A stretch of DNA of 64,000 bases, from positions 699,920 through 763,919 of the forward strand of contig JBAZJI010000001.1 in the NCBI GenBank assembly GCA_041651395.1. Reading direction: 5' to 3'. Position 1 is the first letter of the stretch, and the number at the start of each line of letters is the position of its first letter. Positions 49,577 to 60,203 of the stretch are shown here, piece by piece. Source of the DNA: Minisyncoccota bacterium. Its GTDB lineage: Bacteria > Patescibacteriota > Minisyncoccia > Minisyncoccales > JAGOPM01. The translations under genes and the position numbers were made by a program. A model generated the notes under the pieces. That model searched no databases. It saw only the letters and a program-made list of their open reading frames with translations, and was not told the DNA's origin.

Positions 49577-51603
49577 TTGATGAGTTCCAAAAATTCCTTC
49601 TCGCTAATTACCTTTATACCAAGTTTTTGGGCCTTTTCCAGCTTGGACCCGCCCCCGCCGCCAGCCACCAGATAATCGGTTTTTTTACCTACAGACTCGC
49701 CTGCCTCCCCTCCCAGTTCGCGGATTCTAGCCTTGGCTTCTTCGCGCCCCAAATTCTCCAGTGTGCCGGTAATGACAAAATTTTTTCCGGATATTTTACT
49801 CTCGATTTTTTTGAATGCTTCGATGACCACCCCCACGGACAGTAAATCGTCGACAATTCTCTGACTTTCACCAGAGGCCAGCCAAGCCATGATGCTTTGG
49901 GCCACCTTGGGCCCGATATCCTCAATATTTTGCAAAGTAGCAACATCGGTTTTTCGGAAATTCTCCAAAGTTAAAAATCTTTTAGCCAAATCATGAGCTG
50001 TATTTTCTCCGACATGGCGAATTCCTAATGCAAAAATGAACTTTTCCAATGGTACTTTTTTACTGGCAGCAATAGCCCGTAACAAATTTGTAGCAGATTT
50101 TTCGGCAAAACGCTCCAAATCCAAGAGCTGTTCCTTTTTAAGCCGGAATAAATCCGCAGGAAAAACAACCAACTCCTCTTCCATCAGCTGATCGATAATT
50201 TCCGGACCCAAACCATCGATATTAAAGGCATGGCGCGAAACAAAATGATAAAGCGACTCACGCATCTTGGCTGGACATTTGCCGTTAAGACAGCGATAGG
50301 CCACTTCGCCGTTTTCGCGCACCAACTTCTGATGGCAAATCGGGCAATTTTGCGGCATCTGAAAACTTCGCTCTTTGCCGCTGCGTAATTCTTTGACCAC
50401 CTTGGTAACTGCCGGAATAACGTCTCCTGCCCTATCAACTACTACCGTATCGCCGATTTTAACATCCAGGCGCTTAATCTGATCAATATTATGCAGTGTG
50501 GCCCTTTTAACAATTACTCCATTGAGTTCCACTGGTTTTAGGTGAGCTACCGGGGTAATCGTCCCAGTCCGCCCAACCTGAACCTTAATATCCTCAACAA
50601 TAGTAGTAGCCTGTTCGGGTGAAAATTTATAAGCGCGGGAGCCCCGCGGAGCCTTACCAGCCACACCCAAAGAATCAAACAGTTTATTATCATCAATATT
50701 AACTACCACGCCGTCGATTAAAAATTCCAATTTCTCCCTTTTCTTTTCTATGCTTCGAAAATAATCAAAAACTTCCTTAATATTGTAGCATTTTTTTCCA
50801 AGGTCACTGGAAAAACCCAAGGCCCGCAAAATTTCATGATCTTGGCTGTGGTTAATTTGCCCAAGATCCGTTACCAAATCATAAGCCGAAAAACTCAGCT
50901 TGCGCGAAGCCGCAACTTTTGGGTCGAGCTGCCGGATAGAACCAGCGGCCAAATTACGCGGATTGGCATAAATGGGCAAGCCTTCTTTTTCCCTCCACGC
51001 ATTTACCCGGCCAAACTCAGCCTTGCTCATATACACTTCTCCGCGCACTTCCACCTCCCCGGATGCTAAGGCCTTTTTTGTTTTTTCAATAATTTTAGAG
51101 CCAAGATGGTTTTCTTCGTGAATCTCCAAAGCCAGAGGAATGCTTTCAACTGTTTTAAGATTGGCTGTCACATCCTCGCCAACCTTCCCATCTCCCCGGG
51201 TACTGCCCTCTGAAAATTTTCCATTTCTATAAATCAGGCTCACGGCGAATCCATCAATTTTTAACTCGCAAAAATACTCCAACTCCCTTTGTGCCAACTT
51301 TTGCGCATATTCCTGCCAAGCAATCATTTCCTCCTCGGAAAAACAATCCTCTAAAGAAATCATGGGCCTCTTGTGCTTTACCTTTACAAAGCCCTCCAAG
51401 GGCTGCCCACCCACTCGCTGCGTTGGGCTATCTGGCGTAACCAATTCGGGGAATTCTTTTTCTAACAAAAAAAGCTCATGCTTGAGTGAATCAAGCGCCT
51501 CCTCGCTTATTTCTACAGTATCTTTGACATGATAAAGATAACGCTGCCGATTAATAAGCTTCTTGAGTTTTTCTATGCGCTCTTTGGCTTTCGCTTTCTC
51601 CAT
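49573..51603 (-). CDS. ligA: NAD-dependent DNA ligase
   Basis: Adenylation CELKIDG, OB, Zn finger CPICHQKLVRENGEVAYRCLNGKCPA, HhH repeats and C-terminal BRCT. Start trimmed to ATG 51603 (MEKAKAKERIEKL...). Confidence 0.95.
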   Translation of the reverse strand: MEKAKAKERIEKLKKLINRQRYLYHVKDTVEISEEALDSLKHELFLLEKEFPELVTPDSPTQRVGGQPLEGFVKVKHKRPMISLEDCFSEEEMIAWQEYAQKLAQRELEYFCELKIDGFAVSLIYRNGKFSEGSTRGDGKVGEDVTANLKTVESIPLALEIHEENHLGSKIIEKTKKALASGEVEVRGEVYMSKAEFGRVNAWREKEGLPIYANPRNLAAGSIRQLDPKVAASRKLSFSAYDLVTDLGQINHSQDHEILRALGFSSDLGKKCYNIKEVFDYFRSIEKKREKLEFLIDGVVVNIDDNKLFDSLGVAGKAPRGSRAYKFSPEQATTIVEDIKVQVGRTGTITPVAHLKPVELNGVIVKRATLHNIDQIKRLDVKIGDTVVVDRAGDVIPAVTKVVKELRSGKERSFQMPQNCPICHQKLVRENGEVAYRCLNGKCPAKMRESLYHFVSRHAFNIDGLGPEIIDQLMEEELVVFPADLFRLKKEQLLDLERFAEKSATNLLRAIAASKKVPLEKFIFALGIRHVGENTAHDLAKRFLTLENFRKTDVATLQNIEDIGPKVAQSIMAWLASGESQRIVDDLLSVGVVIEAFKKIESKISGKNFVITGTLENLGREEAKARIRELGGEAGESVGKKTDYLVAGGGGGSKLEKAQKLGIKVISEKEFLELIK

Positions 51604-51604
51604 G

Positions 51605-52078
51605 TTATTTCCATGACGCCGAGACAACCCGAAGGCTTACATCTTTGCCTCCCGGCTTATTGGCGGGATAATATCCAGCCGCAGTCACCGCATATACATT
51701 AGTATCAAAATAAAATCTATACCGATACATGGAATTTCCACCCGATAGCAGCTGCGCTCCAGTATATTGGTATGGATCAGATGTGCCAGTTTCCCCGCAA
51801 AGCGAAAATGGGGTTTTGGGGCTGCTATTGCCTGCCGAACTTAATCCGTCAACCCAAGCCTTGTCGAAACCATGCGTAAAAAATACATATAATCCCTCCT
51901 CCACTCCGGATTCAGCGGCTGCTTCGGCTATCACAGAGTCTCCGGTCATCCTAATCATAACAATTTGCGAAGTGATCACTGTGCTGATGCCCATGGCCAC
52001 GCCTAAAAGCAGGAACAAGATTACCACCACAAAATACAAAGATACTCCTTTTCTTGTCATATTGATTATGGATTCCAA
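51605..52078 (-). CDS. Minor pilin-like protein lacking Glu5 (PilX/GspK-like position)
   Basis: TRKG|VSLYFVVVILFLLLG hydrophobic N-terminus with no Glu at +5. Last of four pilin-like genes. Confidence 0.5.
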   Translation of the reverse strand: MESIINMTRKGVSLYFVVVILFLLLGVAMGISTVITSQIVMIRMTGDSVIAEAAAESGVEEGLYVFFTHGFDKAWVDGLSSAGNSSPKTPFSLCGETGTSDPYQYTGAQLLSGGNSMYRYRFYFDTNVYAVTAAGYYPANKPGGKDVSLRVVSASWK

Positions 52079-52785
52079 TTTAAGTTTCGCGAAGAAATAG
52101 TTGTCTGAATATTGACTGGCGCCAAGCTTGTTTTAATTTTATGCCTAAGAGTCATAGAAATTGTCACCATTGGCTGCAATTGGCCGGTGCTGTCGTTAAA
52201 CGACATTATAAACCTGTCAACGATTATGTCGTCAGAAAATAAATTAATATAATTAAAACTTTCGTTTCCAATTTCCCCTCCGGGATAAAACTTTGGTACA
52301 CCCTTGGGGCGTCTATCCCCCGTATCAAATTCGGGGGGAGTCTTGGGAGTTGTAGTGGAAAATACGCCGAATTTAACCGTATTGGAAACTGGATCGAACT
52401 TTATTTCAATACAGTTATTATCTTCTTGCGATAAGAACCAAATGCGGGAATTAGGATAAATTTTGCCATTACTATCAAAAGCATCCCCGATCCCATAAAT
52501 AGAAGGGGAAGCGTCGGCTCCTACAAGTAAATGCGCATTGCATTCGCCAAAATAATCTTTTCTGGCCATGCGCAGCTCCTTGGTCATAATATCTAAAACA
52601 TAACTGGCTTGATCAATCATGGATTGGCGAGCCAAAGTTTCGCTTTGCACCCTGATAGCCGAAGAAAGCATGCTCATTGCCCCGATTAAAAGCATGGAGG
52701 TTAAGCCAATTACAACCAGTATTTCGACCATGCTCATTCCCTTAAGTTTTCTAAAGGATTTCTGGATCATATAAAAGTATGCCAA
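52066..52785 (-). CDS. Type IV minor pilin (prepilin-type N-terminal cleavage/methylation domain)
   Basis: LKG|MSMVEILVVIGLTSMLL with Gly-1 and Glu+5. An alternative start at 52770 gives an 11-aa leader. Confidence 0.65.
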   Translation of the reverse strand: MAYFYMIQKSFRKLKGMSMVEILVVIGLTSMLLIGAMSMLSSAIRVQSETLARQSMIDQASYVLDIMTKELRMARKDYFGECNAHLLVGADASPSIYGIGDAFDSNGKIYPNSRIWFLSQEDNNCIEIKFDPVSNTVKFGVFSTTTPKTPPEFDTGDRRPKGVPKFYPGGEIGNESFNYINLFSDDIIVDRFIMSFNDSTGQLQPMVTISMTLRHKIKTSLAPVNIQTTISSRNLNWNP

Positions 52786-53549
52786 TTAAACAAATACGTA
52801 ACTAAGTGTATAAATTCTATTCTGCCGCCGGTGTTCCAAAAAACAACTGAATCTAATCTTATTTTATCATTGGGCATTTCGGTAACTTTGCTGCCATTGA
52901 CTTTGGAATTTCCCCCTCCGCACATTGCCTCTGTCCCGTATTTATTAGGAAAAGAATTACTTTCCGGAAACAGTTCCCCTCGCGAAACTACTATCATCCT
53001 TTTATATTGGGTTTTCTTGCCTTCGTTGGCTGAGGAGTCTGTTAAACTATAAACGCCATCAGCATTTCTGAATAGAAACTTATATGTATCTCCTTCGTAT
53101 ATTTTTTCTAAGCATTTTCTTATGTCGTCATCGCTGCCAGCAAGCAAAGAATGGATGGAGTTCGGGTTGCATTCATTGGGTAAAAGGGAAACCGGAGTAT
53201 AAGATGTATCATTTTGGTCTATATTATAGACAATAGGGCTCACTCCTCTGATTCCAAACATCCAATTGCATCGGAGGTTAAAATCATCCTTATAGCCATC
53301 TGGGCATCCGCCTAGCCCAGAGCCGGACTGGGAATTTAAGTAATCCAAATAATTCTGGTCTCTTTTATTCTTGATAAATTCCATGCCCTCGGTGGCCAAA
53401 AATCCGGCCTCTAACCTGTTAACAGCATTATTGGAAACCCTAATCATGTCATTGATGGCCGAATAAACCCAGACTACACCCATGACCATAATAAAAATGG
53501 CAATGGCTACTTCCGTTAAAGAAAAACCTTTTTGAAATTTTCTTTGCAT
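52767..53549 (-). CDS. Type IV minor pilin
   Basis: FQKG|FSLTEVAIAIFIMVMGVV class III signal. Confidence 0.65.
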   Translation of the reverse strand: MQRKFQKGFSLTEVAIAIFIMVMGVVWVYSAINDMIRVSNNAVNRLEAGFLATEGMEFIKNKRDQNYLDYLNSQSGSGLGGCPDGYKDDFNLRCNWMFGIRGVSPIVYNIDQNDTSYTPVSLLPNECNPNSIHSLLAGSDDDIRKCLEKIYEGDTYKFLFRNADGVYSLTDSSANEGKKTQYKRMIVVSRGELFPESNSFPNKYGTEAMCGGGNSKVNGSKVTEMPNDKIRLDSVVFWNTGGRIEFIHLVTYLFNWHTFI

Positions 53550-53551
53550 AC

Positions 53552-54334
53552 TTATTGTGTATCAGATTTTGGCGCCACCAACCCCGCTTTATTTATTGTA
53601 ACAATCCTTTCATTGTCACCATCGGTAATGGTTATACTCCCCTCCCTCGCCCCATAATACGCACCATCCCCGACTCGACAAATAATATAGGTAACCGGAG
53701 TGGTTGGCTTGAAATCAATTATTATCTGGCTGCAATCTTCCCATCCCCATTGGTCTTTTTTAATAAAAGCTCTAAGCCCGCCATCTTTGAGCTTAATTGA
53801 AGTTGGAAATTTACGAATAGCAATAAGCTCATTAATATACCCTACCCCTCCTCTATTATCATTATAATAATCACATGGAGTCTGGTCCGTTGGGGAACAT
53901 TTCTCGGTGCTAACATTTCCCTGCGGAGACTTAGCTGGATTAAATAAAAATGAACCCTCTTGGCTGCTCGGTCCAGAAAGTGAAATGTTATCGCCAAGCT
54001 CAGGAAAAGAAAATGATTCGTTGCAATTTGTATAAATCAAATATTGCCATGGCATATCCTTATCAAGCATAATTGCATACCCATCAAATGGATAAAGCCC
54101 CCCGTCAGGATTTGGCGAGATCGAATTGAGATTGGGCACATTGCAATTAGTACTTGACCGGGCATTACCGGCATTATTTTCCATAGTCCGGATATTCTGG
54201 GATAAAATATAAGCCTCACGCTGAATGGTCAGCTTGCGCCGCGGCAAATCGGAATTCAAAAAAAGACCGGCCATGATCATTATCAGGGCAATAACTATTA
54301 AAGTTTCGGCCAAAGAGTATCCTTTTTTCACCAT
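53552..54334 (-). CDS. Type IV minor pilin
   Basis: Start trimmed to ATG 54334, giving MVKKG|YSLAETLIVIALIMIMAG. Overlaps the pilD stop by 7 nt. Confidence 0.65.
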   Translation of the reverse strand: MVKKGYSLAETLIVIALIMIMAGLFLNSDLPRRKLTIQREAYILSQNIRTMENNAGNARSSTNCNVPNLNSISPNPDGGLYPFDGYAIMLDKDMPWQYLIYTNCNESFSFPELGDNISLSGPSSQEGSFLFNPAKSPQGNVSTEKCSPTDQTPCDYYNDNRGGVGYINELIAIRKFPTSIKLKDGGLRAFIKKDQWGWEDCSQIIIDFKPTTPVTYIICRVGDGAYYGAREGSITITDGDNERIVTINKAGLVAPKSDTQ

Positions 54335-55179
54335 ACAAAAAAATAGTTTGAATATTTTTCCAATATTTGCACGCCCCACAATAAGGCACACAAATTCCCA
54401 ATTATCAGAAATGGCCCAAAAGGCACTTCGCTTTTGAGTGTTTTCTTGCCCATTAGAATCAGGGCTACGCTAATTATAGCACCCAGCACCACGGCCACAA
54501 AAAAATTTATTAACACAAATTTGAGACCGATAATAAACCCCAAAAGCAAACCAAGTTCTACATCGCCAAAACCCATCCATTTTTCCTTGGAGATAATGTA
54601 AAGGATAAAAAACGGCAGGGCTAAAACCGCAGCACCTAACAAATAAGGCCAAATATATTGCCCGAATCCCTGCCAAAACAACCAAGACAATATCGGGTTT
54701 AAAGCTTGAGAATAGTAAACATAGAAGTGGGCGAAAAACACAAAAACTCCACAGACACTGGCCACCTCCTCGCTAATCAACATATACTTCAAGTCAAAAA
54801 CAAAAAGCGCCAAAAGCAAAGAAAAAATTATGGCATAAAATGCCGCCAGCCAACAATCAAACCCAAACTGCCAATAGGCGGCTAAAAATAAAATCCCGCA
54901 AGCCAGCTCCACTAGCGGGTATTGCCAAGAAATATTTTTTTTGCAATAGCGACACTTCCCGCCTAGAAAGACAAAGCTTAATACCGGAAACAGATCCAAC
55001 CAAGAAAGATTATGATTGCATTGCGGGCAATGGGAAGGCGTAAAGCTGATATCGTCCCATATTTTTTTGGAATCCCAACCCTTTTCCTCCCCGGCCTTAA
55101 GGCGCAAAACCAGTACATTGATAAATGAACCGACAATTAAACCAAAAAGAAAAACAAATATTTCTATTAACATAAACAA
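54328..55179 (-). CDS. pilD: Prepilin peptidase (A24 family)
   Basis: CPQC...CRYC zinc cluster. Catalytic Asp motifs GFGDVEL and the C-terminal PFGPFL. Polytopic. Confidence 0.85.
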   Translation of the reverse strand: MFMLIEIFVFLFGLIVGSFINVLVLRLKAGEEKGWDSKKIWDDISFTPSHCPQCNHNLSWLDLFPVLSFVFLGGKCRYCKKNISWQYPLVELACGILFLAAYWQFGFDCWLAAFYAIIFSLLLALFVFDLKYMLISEEVASVCGVFVFFAHFYVYYSQALNPILSWLFWQGFGQYIWPYLLGAAVLALPFFILYIISKEKWMGFGDVELGLLLGFIIGLKFVLINFFVAVVLGAIISVALILMGKKTLKSEVPFGPFLIIGNLCALLWGVQILEKYSNYFFVW

Positions 55180-55221
55180 AATGCCCTACTCATTATAGGG
55201 CATTTTAATATTTTTAACTAA

Positions 55222-55680
55222 TTAGCGGACTCTTGCTGAGCAGATGAAGTTAGTATCGCAAACTGCTGTGGCGGCCTGCAAAGGATCCGATGAAGTAACC
55301 TGTCCCTTTGTTCCGTTCGAGTCAATACAATAATAATCATTAACTCCGTTGTATTGGGTCGTTAAGCTAACATATGCACAAAAAGCGGAAGTATAAGGGA
55401 CCGATTCTGTCGTAGTGACAACTAACCCTCCCTGCCTAGTAATATCCGTACAAATAGTAACAGTAGAAGTATTAGAGGCACAGCCAAAACCGGTATAGGA
55501 ATCCATGTGCTCCTGACGGAACATCTCGGCCTGCGTTTGAAGCTGAGACATGCCCGAAACAATCCTAGCATCCTTGGCCTTATTAATGGCACTGCGGACA
55601 CCAACTAACACAATAGAGGCCAAGACCACGATAATGGAAATGACCACCAAAAGCTCAATAAGCGTAAAACCTTTCTTCAT
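55222..55680 (-). CDS. pilA: Type IV major pilin
   Basis: MKKG|FTLIELLVVISIIVVLASI. 152 aa. Six Cys in the globular domain. Own promoter about 85 nt upstream. Confidence 0.8.
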   Translation of the reverse strand: MKKGFTLIELLVVISIIVVLASIVLVGVRSAINKAKDARIVSGMSQLQTQAEMFRQEHMDSYTGFGCASNTSTVTICTDITRQGGLVVTTTESVPYTSAFCAYVSLTTQYNGVNDYYCIDSNGTKGQVTSSDPLQAATAVCDTNFICSARVR

Positions 55681-55751
55681 AGTATAAACTTTCTATTTTA
55701 TTAATTTACTTTAATTAAATGTATATAATGCGTGTCTCGACCTTTTGCTCT

Positions 55752-55780
55752 ATTATACATGCCAAGCTTGCGCGAGGCAA
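55752..55780 (-). promoter_or_regulatory. Sigma70-type promoter dedicated to the major pilin gene
   Basis: Minus strand: TTGCCT-N17-TATAAT, inside the pilC-pilA gap. Confidence 0.45.
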
Positions 55781-55789
55781 AATCATTTT

Positions 55790-57004
55790 TCACAATTTGC
55801 TCATTATATTGATTAACGGATAATAAATTCCAACAACAAGCAAGCCAACCAATATACCCAAAACTAAAAGCAAGACTGGCTGTATCAAAGAAACTACATC
55901 GTCGGTAGCTTTATAGACATCCCGGCGATAGAAATCCACTACTTTTATCATAGTAGACTCCAATGATCCCGTACGCTCGCCCACTAAAACCATCTGGGTC
56001 AAAAGCGGAGGTACTTCGACTGGATGCTGGTTAAGCACATAGCTCATAGGCGTGCCCTTCATCACTTTTTCGCGAATTTCCATAACCAATTCCCGATAGA
56101 GCCCGGAATCCATAACTCCGGAAGTAATTTCTAAAGCTTGGGAAATAGGAATACCGGCCTTAATTAAGGTAGACATGGACTCGGCAAAAGTAGCTACTTG
56201 TATTTTTCTGTTCAAATCCCCTACGAAAGGGATACGAAGGGTTAATCTATCGAAAAAATCTTTTCCTTCCTTGGTCAGGGAATATCTCCAAACAAGAGCG
56301 ATGGCGGCGGCTAAAATAATGACAACCATCAGGCCATAAGCATCCAAGACATCGGCAATGCCGAAAATCGCTTTGGTTAACAATGGTAGTTCTCCCGTGG
56401 CCCCGAAACCTCCAATGACCTGCTTGAATTGGGGAATGATGAATTTGACCATTAAAATCAAAACAGCCGCAAAAACAATTAAAATAAAAATAGGATAAAC
56501 CAAGGCGCTGGTAATTTTATCGCGCAATTCCTTTTCCTGCTGTAAGTGCACGGCTAAGGAATCTAAATTTTCCGAAAGGCGACCGGAGGCCTCTCCGGCC
56601 TTGACCATGTTGACGTAAAAATTATTGAAATGTTTAGGATGGTCAACTAAAGCTACTGATAATTGCCCGCCGCCTTCTACCTTTTCCGCCATTTTGAAAA
56701 TCTCCTCGCGCATAGCATCTTTGGTGGACATTCTTCCGATTGTTTTTAAGGCCTCTACCAAAGGTACGCTAGATTTGAATAAAATAGAAAGCTGGGTCGT
56801 AAAATTCATTATATCGGCAAAGCCGATTCCGCCAAAACCGATATTAAGCTTAGTACCCCAGAAAGAAGCATCTGCCTTATCGAGTGCAACAACCACGAAT
56901 CCCTTGGCCTGCAAAAACTCTAAGGCTGCATCGCGGTTGCTGGCCTCAAGCGTGCCTACTAATGATTGGCCCTCTGGAGTTTTTACCTGATAATTAAATT
57001 TCAT
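55790..57004 (-). CDS. pilC: Type IV pilus platform protein PilC (two T2SSF domains)
   Basis: 404 aa. Duplicated T2SSF pattern with 3 TM segments. Position between pilT and pilA. Confidence 0.9.
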   Translation of the reverse strand: MKFNYQVKTPEGQSLVGTLEASNRDAALEFLQAKGFVVVALDKADASFWGTKLNIGFGGIGFADIMNFTTQLSILFKSSVPLVEALKTIGRMSTKDAMREEIFKMAEKVEGGGQLSVALVDHPKHFNNFYVNMVKAGEASGRLSENLDSLAVHLQQEKELRDKITSALVYPIFILIVFAAVLILMVKFIIPQFKQVIGGFGATGELPLLTKAIFGIADVLDAYGLMVVIILAAAIALVWRYSLTKEGKDFFDRLTLRIPFVGDLNRKIQVATFAESMSTLIKAGIPISQALEITSGVMDSGLYRELVMEIREKVMKGTPMSYVLNQHPVEVPPLLTQMVLVGERTGSLESTMIKVVDFYRRDVYKATDDVVSLIQPVLLLVLGILVGLLVVGIYYPLINIMSKL

Positions 57005-58080
57005 ATGCCGGCATTAACCATATCCCTTAATTCTTTGGGATTGGTCGAATAATTTACCGCATCTTCCACGCTTACCTTGCCTTCTTTGATCAATTTGGCA
57101 AGACTGCGGTTTAATGAAATCATTCCGATATTGGAAGAAGTTTCAATCACGCTGGGAATTTCATAAATTTTGTTCTCCCGAATCAAATTGGCAATAGCCG
57201 GGCTGTTTATCATCACCTCGCAAGCCGAAATTAACCCACCAGTTTTGGCTGGCACTAGCCTTTGAGAAATTACACCCAGCAAAGAAGATGAAAGCTGGCT
57301 ACGTACTTGGTTTTGCTGAGCAGCCGGAAAAGAATCCACTACACGATTAACGGTCTGGGCTGCAGAATTGGTATGCAGGGTTGCATAAACCAAATGCCCG
57401 GTTTCAGCAGCTGTTAAAGCAATGCTCATGGTCTCCAAGTCGCGCATTTCTCCCACCATGATAACGTCTGGGTCTTGGCGCAGAGAAGCCCGCAAGGCTC
57501 TTGCAAAAGAAATGGCATCCCTGCCGATTTCGCGCTGATCGATGATGCAACGATCATCACTGAAAATATACTCAATCGGATCTTCGATAGTGATTATATG
57601 TTCTTCCCTTTCGTGGTTAATCTCGTCAATCATGGCGGCTAAGGTCGTGCTTTTACCTTGGTTGGCTGGCCCGGTTACTAAAACAAATCCCTGTTTGGGT
57701 TTGGTAAAAGAATGCAAAATTGGCGGCAATTTCAAATCCTCAACGCTCTTTATCTTATTAGGAATGAGACGCAAGCTGCAAGAAATACGATTAAGTTGGA
57801 AGTAGAAATTTCCGCGGAACCTAATCTGGTTCTCGAAATTATAAGAAAAATCGATATCGCGCTCGTGTAAAAACCGGTCATAGCGCGTTGGTGTCAGCAT
57901 AACTTGCGCAAATGAATTAATCTCCTCGTTAGTCAAAACATCTTCCGACTCTAAACGATACAACTCCCCGCCGATACGAAATATGGGCCTATGATCAACG
58001 CAAAAATGAATATCTGAGGCACTTTTTTCGTGCGCTAAATTCAAATAAGCCTTTAATTTTTCTTGTGGGTCTATAGCCAT
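57001..58080 (-). CDS. pilT: Twitching-motility retraction ATPase PilT
   Basis: Walker A GPANQGKSTT, Asp/His boxes, and HLVYATLHTNSAAQT. 359 aa without the N-terminal T2SSE_N domain. Confidence 0.9.
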   Translation of the reverse strand: MAIDPQEKLKAYLNLAHEKSASDIHFCVDHRPIFRIGGELYRLESEDVLTNEEINSFAQVMLTPTRYDRFLHERDIDFSYNFENQIRFRGNFYFQLNRISCSLRLIPNKIKSVEDLKLPPILHSFTKPKQGFVLVTGPANQGKSTTLAAMIDEINHEREEHIITIEDPIEYIFSDDRCIIDQREIGRDAISFARALRASLRQDPDVIMVGEMRDLETMSIALTAAETGHLVYATLHTNSAAQTVNRVVDSFPAAQQNQVRSQLSSSLLGVISQRLVPAKTGGLISACEVMINSPAIANLIRENKIYEIPSVIETSSNIGMISLNRSLAKLIKEGKVSVEDAVNYSTNPKELRDMVNAGI

Positions 58081-58082
58081 AA

Positions 58083-59849
58083 TTATTCGTCTATTGATTC
58101 TTTTGTTGAGGTCATTATTTCTTCTAGGGTCGTCACGCCTTTGAGTGCTTTAAGCAAACCGTCTTGGCGCAAAGAAACCATTCCTTGTTTTTGCGCTTCA
58201 TCTTTAATTCTTGATTCGGATAAATCGGTAGCGATAAGATGCGCTAAACTATCAGTCATAGTCAGCATTTCATAAATGCCTCGGCGGCCGACATAGCCGG
58301 TGTTGTTGCATTTGGCACAACCCTTAGCTTTCCATAAAAGTGGTTTTTCTATCGTGCAATCTAATTTATAGCTCTCGATAGTTTTGGCTGATAGCGCCCC
58401 AAGCTCTTTTTTTATCACCTGCTTGGCATCCTGATCCGGTTCATAGCGCTCGGCGCAATCCGGGCAAACATGACGCACTAAACGTTGGGCAATAACCAAA
58501 TTAAGGCTAGGCGGGATTAAAAATGAAGGTATGCCCAAATTTACAAAACGCGGGATAGCGCCAATGGAATCATTGGTATGCAAAGTCGAAAGCACAATGT
58601 GTCCGGTTAAAGCCGAATGCACTGCCAAATCAGCCGTCTCATGGTCGCGGATTTCTCCGACCATTATCACATCGGGGTCATGGCGCATCATAGAGCGCAA
58701 ACCCGAAGCAAAAGTGTAACCAATTTCCGGCTTGGTCTGGGATTGATTAATATCGGTGATGACGTACTCGATAGGATCCTCCAAGGTCATGATATTAATT
58801 TCCTCGGAGATAATCTTGCGCAATACCGAATAAAGTGTGGTTGTTTTACCCGAGCCAGTAGGGCCAGTGACTAAAATCATGCCATAAGGTTTATTGATGG
58901 CTTCAGCAATCAAGTCATAATTGTGCCCCTCAATGCCTAAGTCTTCCAATTTCTTCAAGCCTTCCTCGGGGTCAAGCACACGCAAACAGACACTCTCTCC
59001 GTTGGCAGTCGGAAAAGTACTGACACGAAAATCAATATTTTTCTCTCCAAAACGCAAAGCAAAGCGCCCGTCTTGCGGCATGCGCGACTCATCGATTTTT
59101 AGATTCGCTAAAATTTTAATGCGCGCCACCACGGCCGGATGTGATTCTTTTGGCAAGAAAAGCGAAGAGTGCAGAATACCGTCTTGGCGGAAACGCACAC
59201 GCACGCGATCCCCTATCCCTTCAATATGAATATCAGAAGCTTTACCTTCTACGGCATTACGCAAAATAACCGCCACCACCCTGGCTACCGGCGCCTCCTC
59301 GGCCATTTGTTCCACCTCTTGAGTAGTGCGCTTCGCTGCCTTGGTTTCGGCTTTTATCTCCGTTTCCAAAGCGCCCAAGGCTTTATTTACATCCTGTTTG
59401 GCCGCCTGATACTTGCCAAGCGCTGCCGTAAAATCCGACAAGGAAATTAAATAAACCTCATATTGGAAATTCTTTTCGCGGGACAAAAATCTCAAAGCCT
59501 CCTGCGCCTTAAGATCTTCAGGATAAACCATGCCTATCTCCACCATTCCATCTTGGCGCTGAGCCAAAACGATTAATTGGTAGTAGCGGGCCGTATCTTC
59601 TGGTAGTAATTCTAAGACCTGCAATTCCAATTTTTTGGGATCGATTTTTTTAAGACTAAAACCAAACATTTCGGCTTTAGCCGCAAAAAGTTTATCCTCG
59701 TCAACGAATTTTTGAGCAATTAAAATTTCTTCATCTTTTTTAGAGGAAGAAACCGACTCATTTTCCACGAGGGAAGCTTGGTCTTGCGATATTAAATTTT
59801 GCTTTACTAATTCTTCAAGCAAAAAGGACATAGTTTTGACAAATTTCAA
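58083..59849 (-). CDS. pilB: Type IV pilus assembly ATPase PilB
   Basis: N-terminal T2SSE_N-like domain, Walker A GPTGSGKTTT, tetracysteine CPDC...CAKC. Confidence 0.9.
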   Translation of the reverse strand: MKFVKTMSFLLEELVKQNLISQDQASLVENESVSSSKKDEEILIAQKFVDEDKLFAAKAEMFGFSLKKIDPKKLELQVLELLPEDTARYYQLIVLAQRQDGMVEIGMVYPEDLKAQEALRFLSREKNFQYEVYLISLSDFTAALGKYQAAKQDVNKALGALETEIKAETKAAKRTTQEVEQMAEEAPVARVVAVILRNAVEGKASDIHIEGIGDRVRVRFRQDGILHSSLFLPKESHPAVVARIKILANLKIDESRMPQDGRFALRFGEKNIDFRVSTFPTANGESVCLRVLDPEEGLKKLEDLGIEGHNYDLIAEAINKPYGMILVTGPTGSGKTTTLYSVLRKIISEEINIMTLEDPIEYVITDINQSQTKPEIGYTFASGLRSMMRHDPDVIMVGEIRDHETADLAVHSALTGHIVLSTLHTNDSIGAIPRFVNLGIPSFLIPPSLNLVIAQRLVRHVCPDCAERYEPDQDAKQVIKKELGALSAKTIESYKLDCTIEKPLLWKAKGCAKCNNTGYVGRRGIYEMLTMTDSLAHLIATDLSESRIKDEAQKQGMVSLRQDGLLKALKGVTTLEEIMTSTKESIDE

Positions 59850-60199
59850 GGTTCAGGAACGGTAACAGTTTTCCCTGCCCGCTTTGTTGTGGTTGGCGCT
59901 TTGCTCGCCGAAATCTTGCCGATATAAAAAGGATTGTCATTGCCCAAATTAAGCGCTGAGCGTAATGATTCATCCATAGTGCTTTGAGCGGGAGGGATTG
60001 CGATCTCGTCATAAGGAAAAATCGGCTCCATCTTGGGCATGCGCAAGGCATTAAGGTCAATACTGCTGGTAGCGAACTGCTTAACCTCCACTTTTGTATA
60101 CTTTTTATACCCGGCTTGGAAAAAAAGCAGCACTGCCCCGATAATGAGGGCCATCAAGATAACCCAATTTTTTTCATCCTTCAAAAAGCTTGTGTCCAT
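59846..60199 (-). CDS. Hypothetical single-TM protein in the pil operon (PilP-position accessory)
   Basis: 117 aa. TM WVILMALIIGAVLLFF. Overlaps the pilB start by 4 nt. Confidence 0.45.
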   Translation of the reverse strand: MDTSFLKDEKNWVILMALIIGAVLLFFQAGYKKYTKVEVKQFATSSIDLNALRMPKMEPIFPYDEIAIPPAQSTMDESLRSALNLGNDNPFYIGKISASKAPTTTKRAGKTVTVPEP

Positions 60200-60203
60200 A
60201 TTT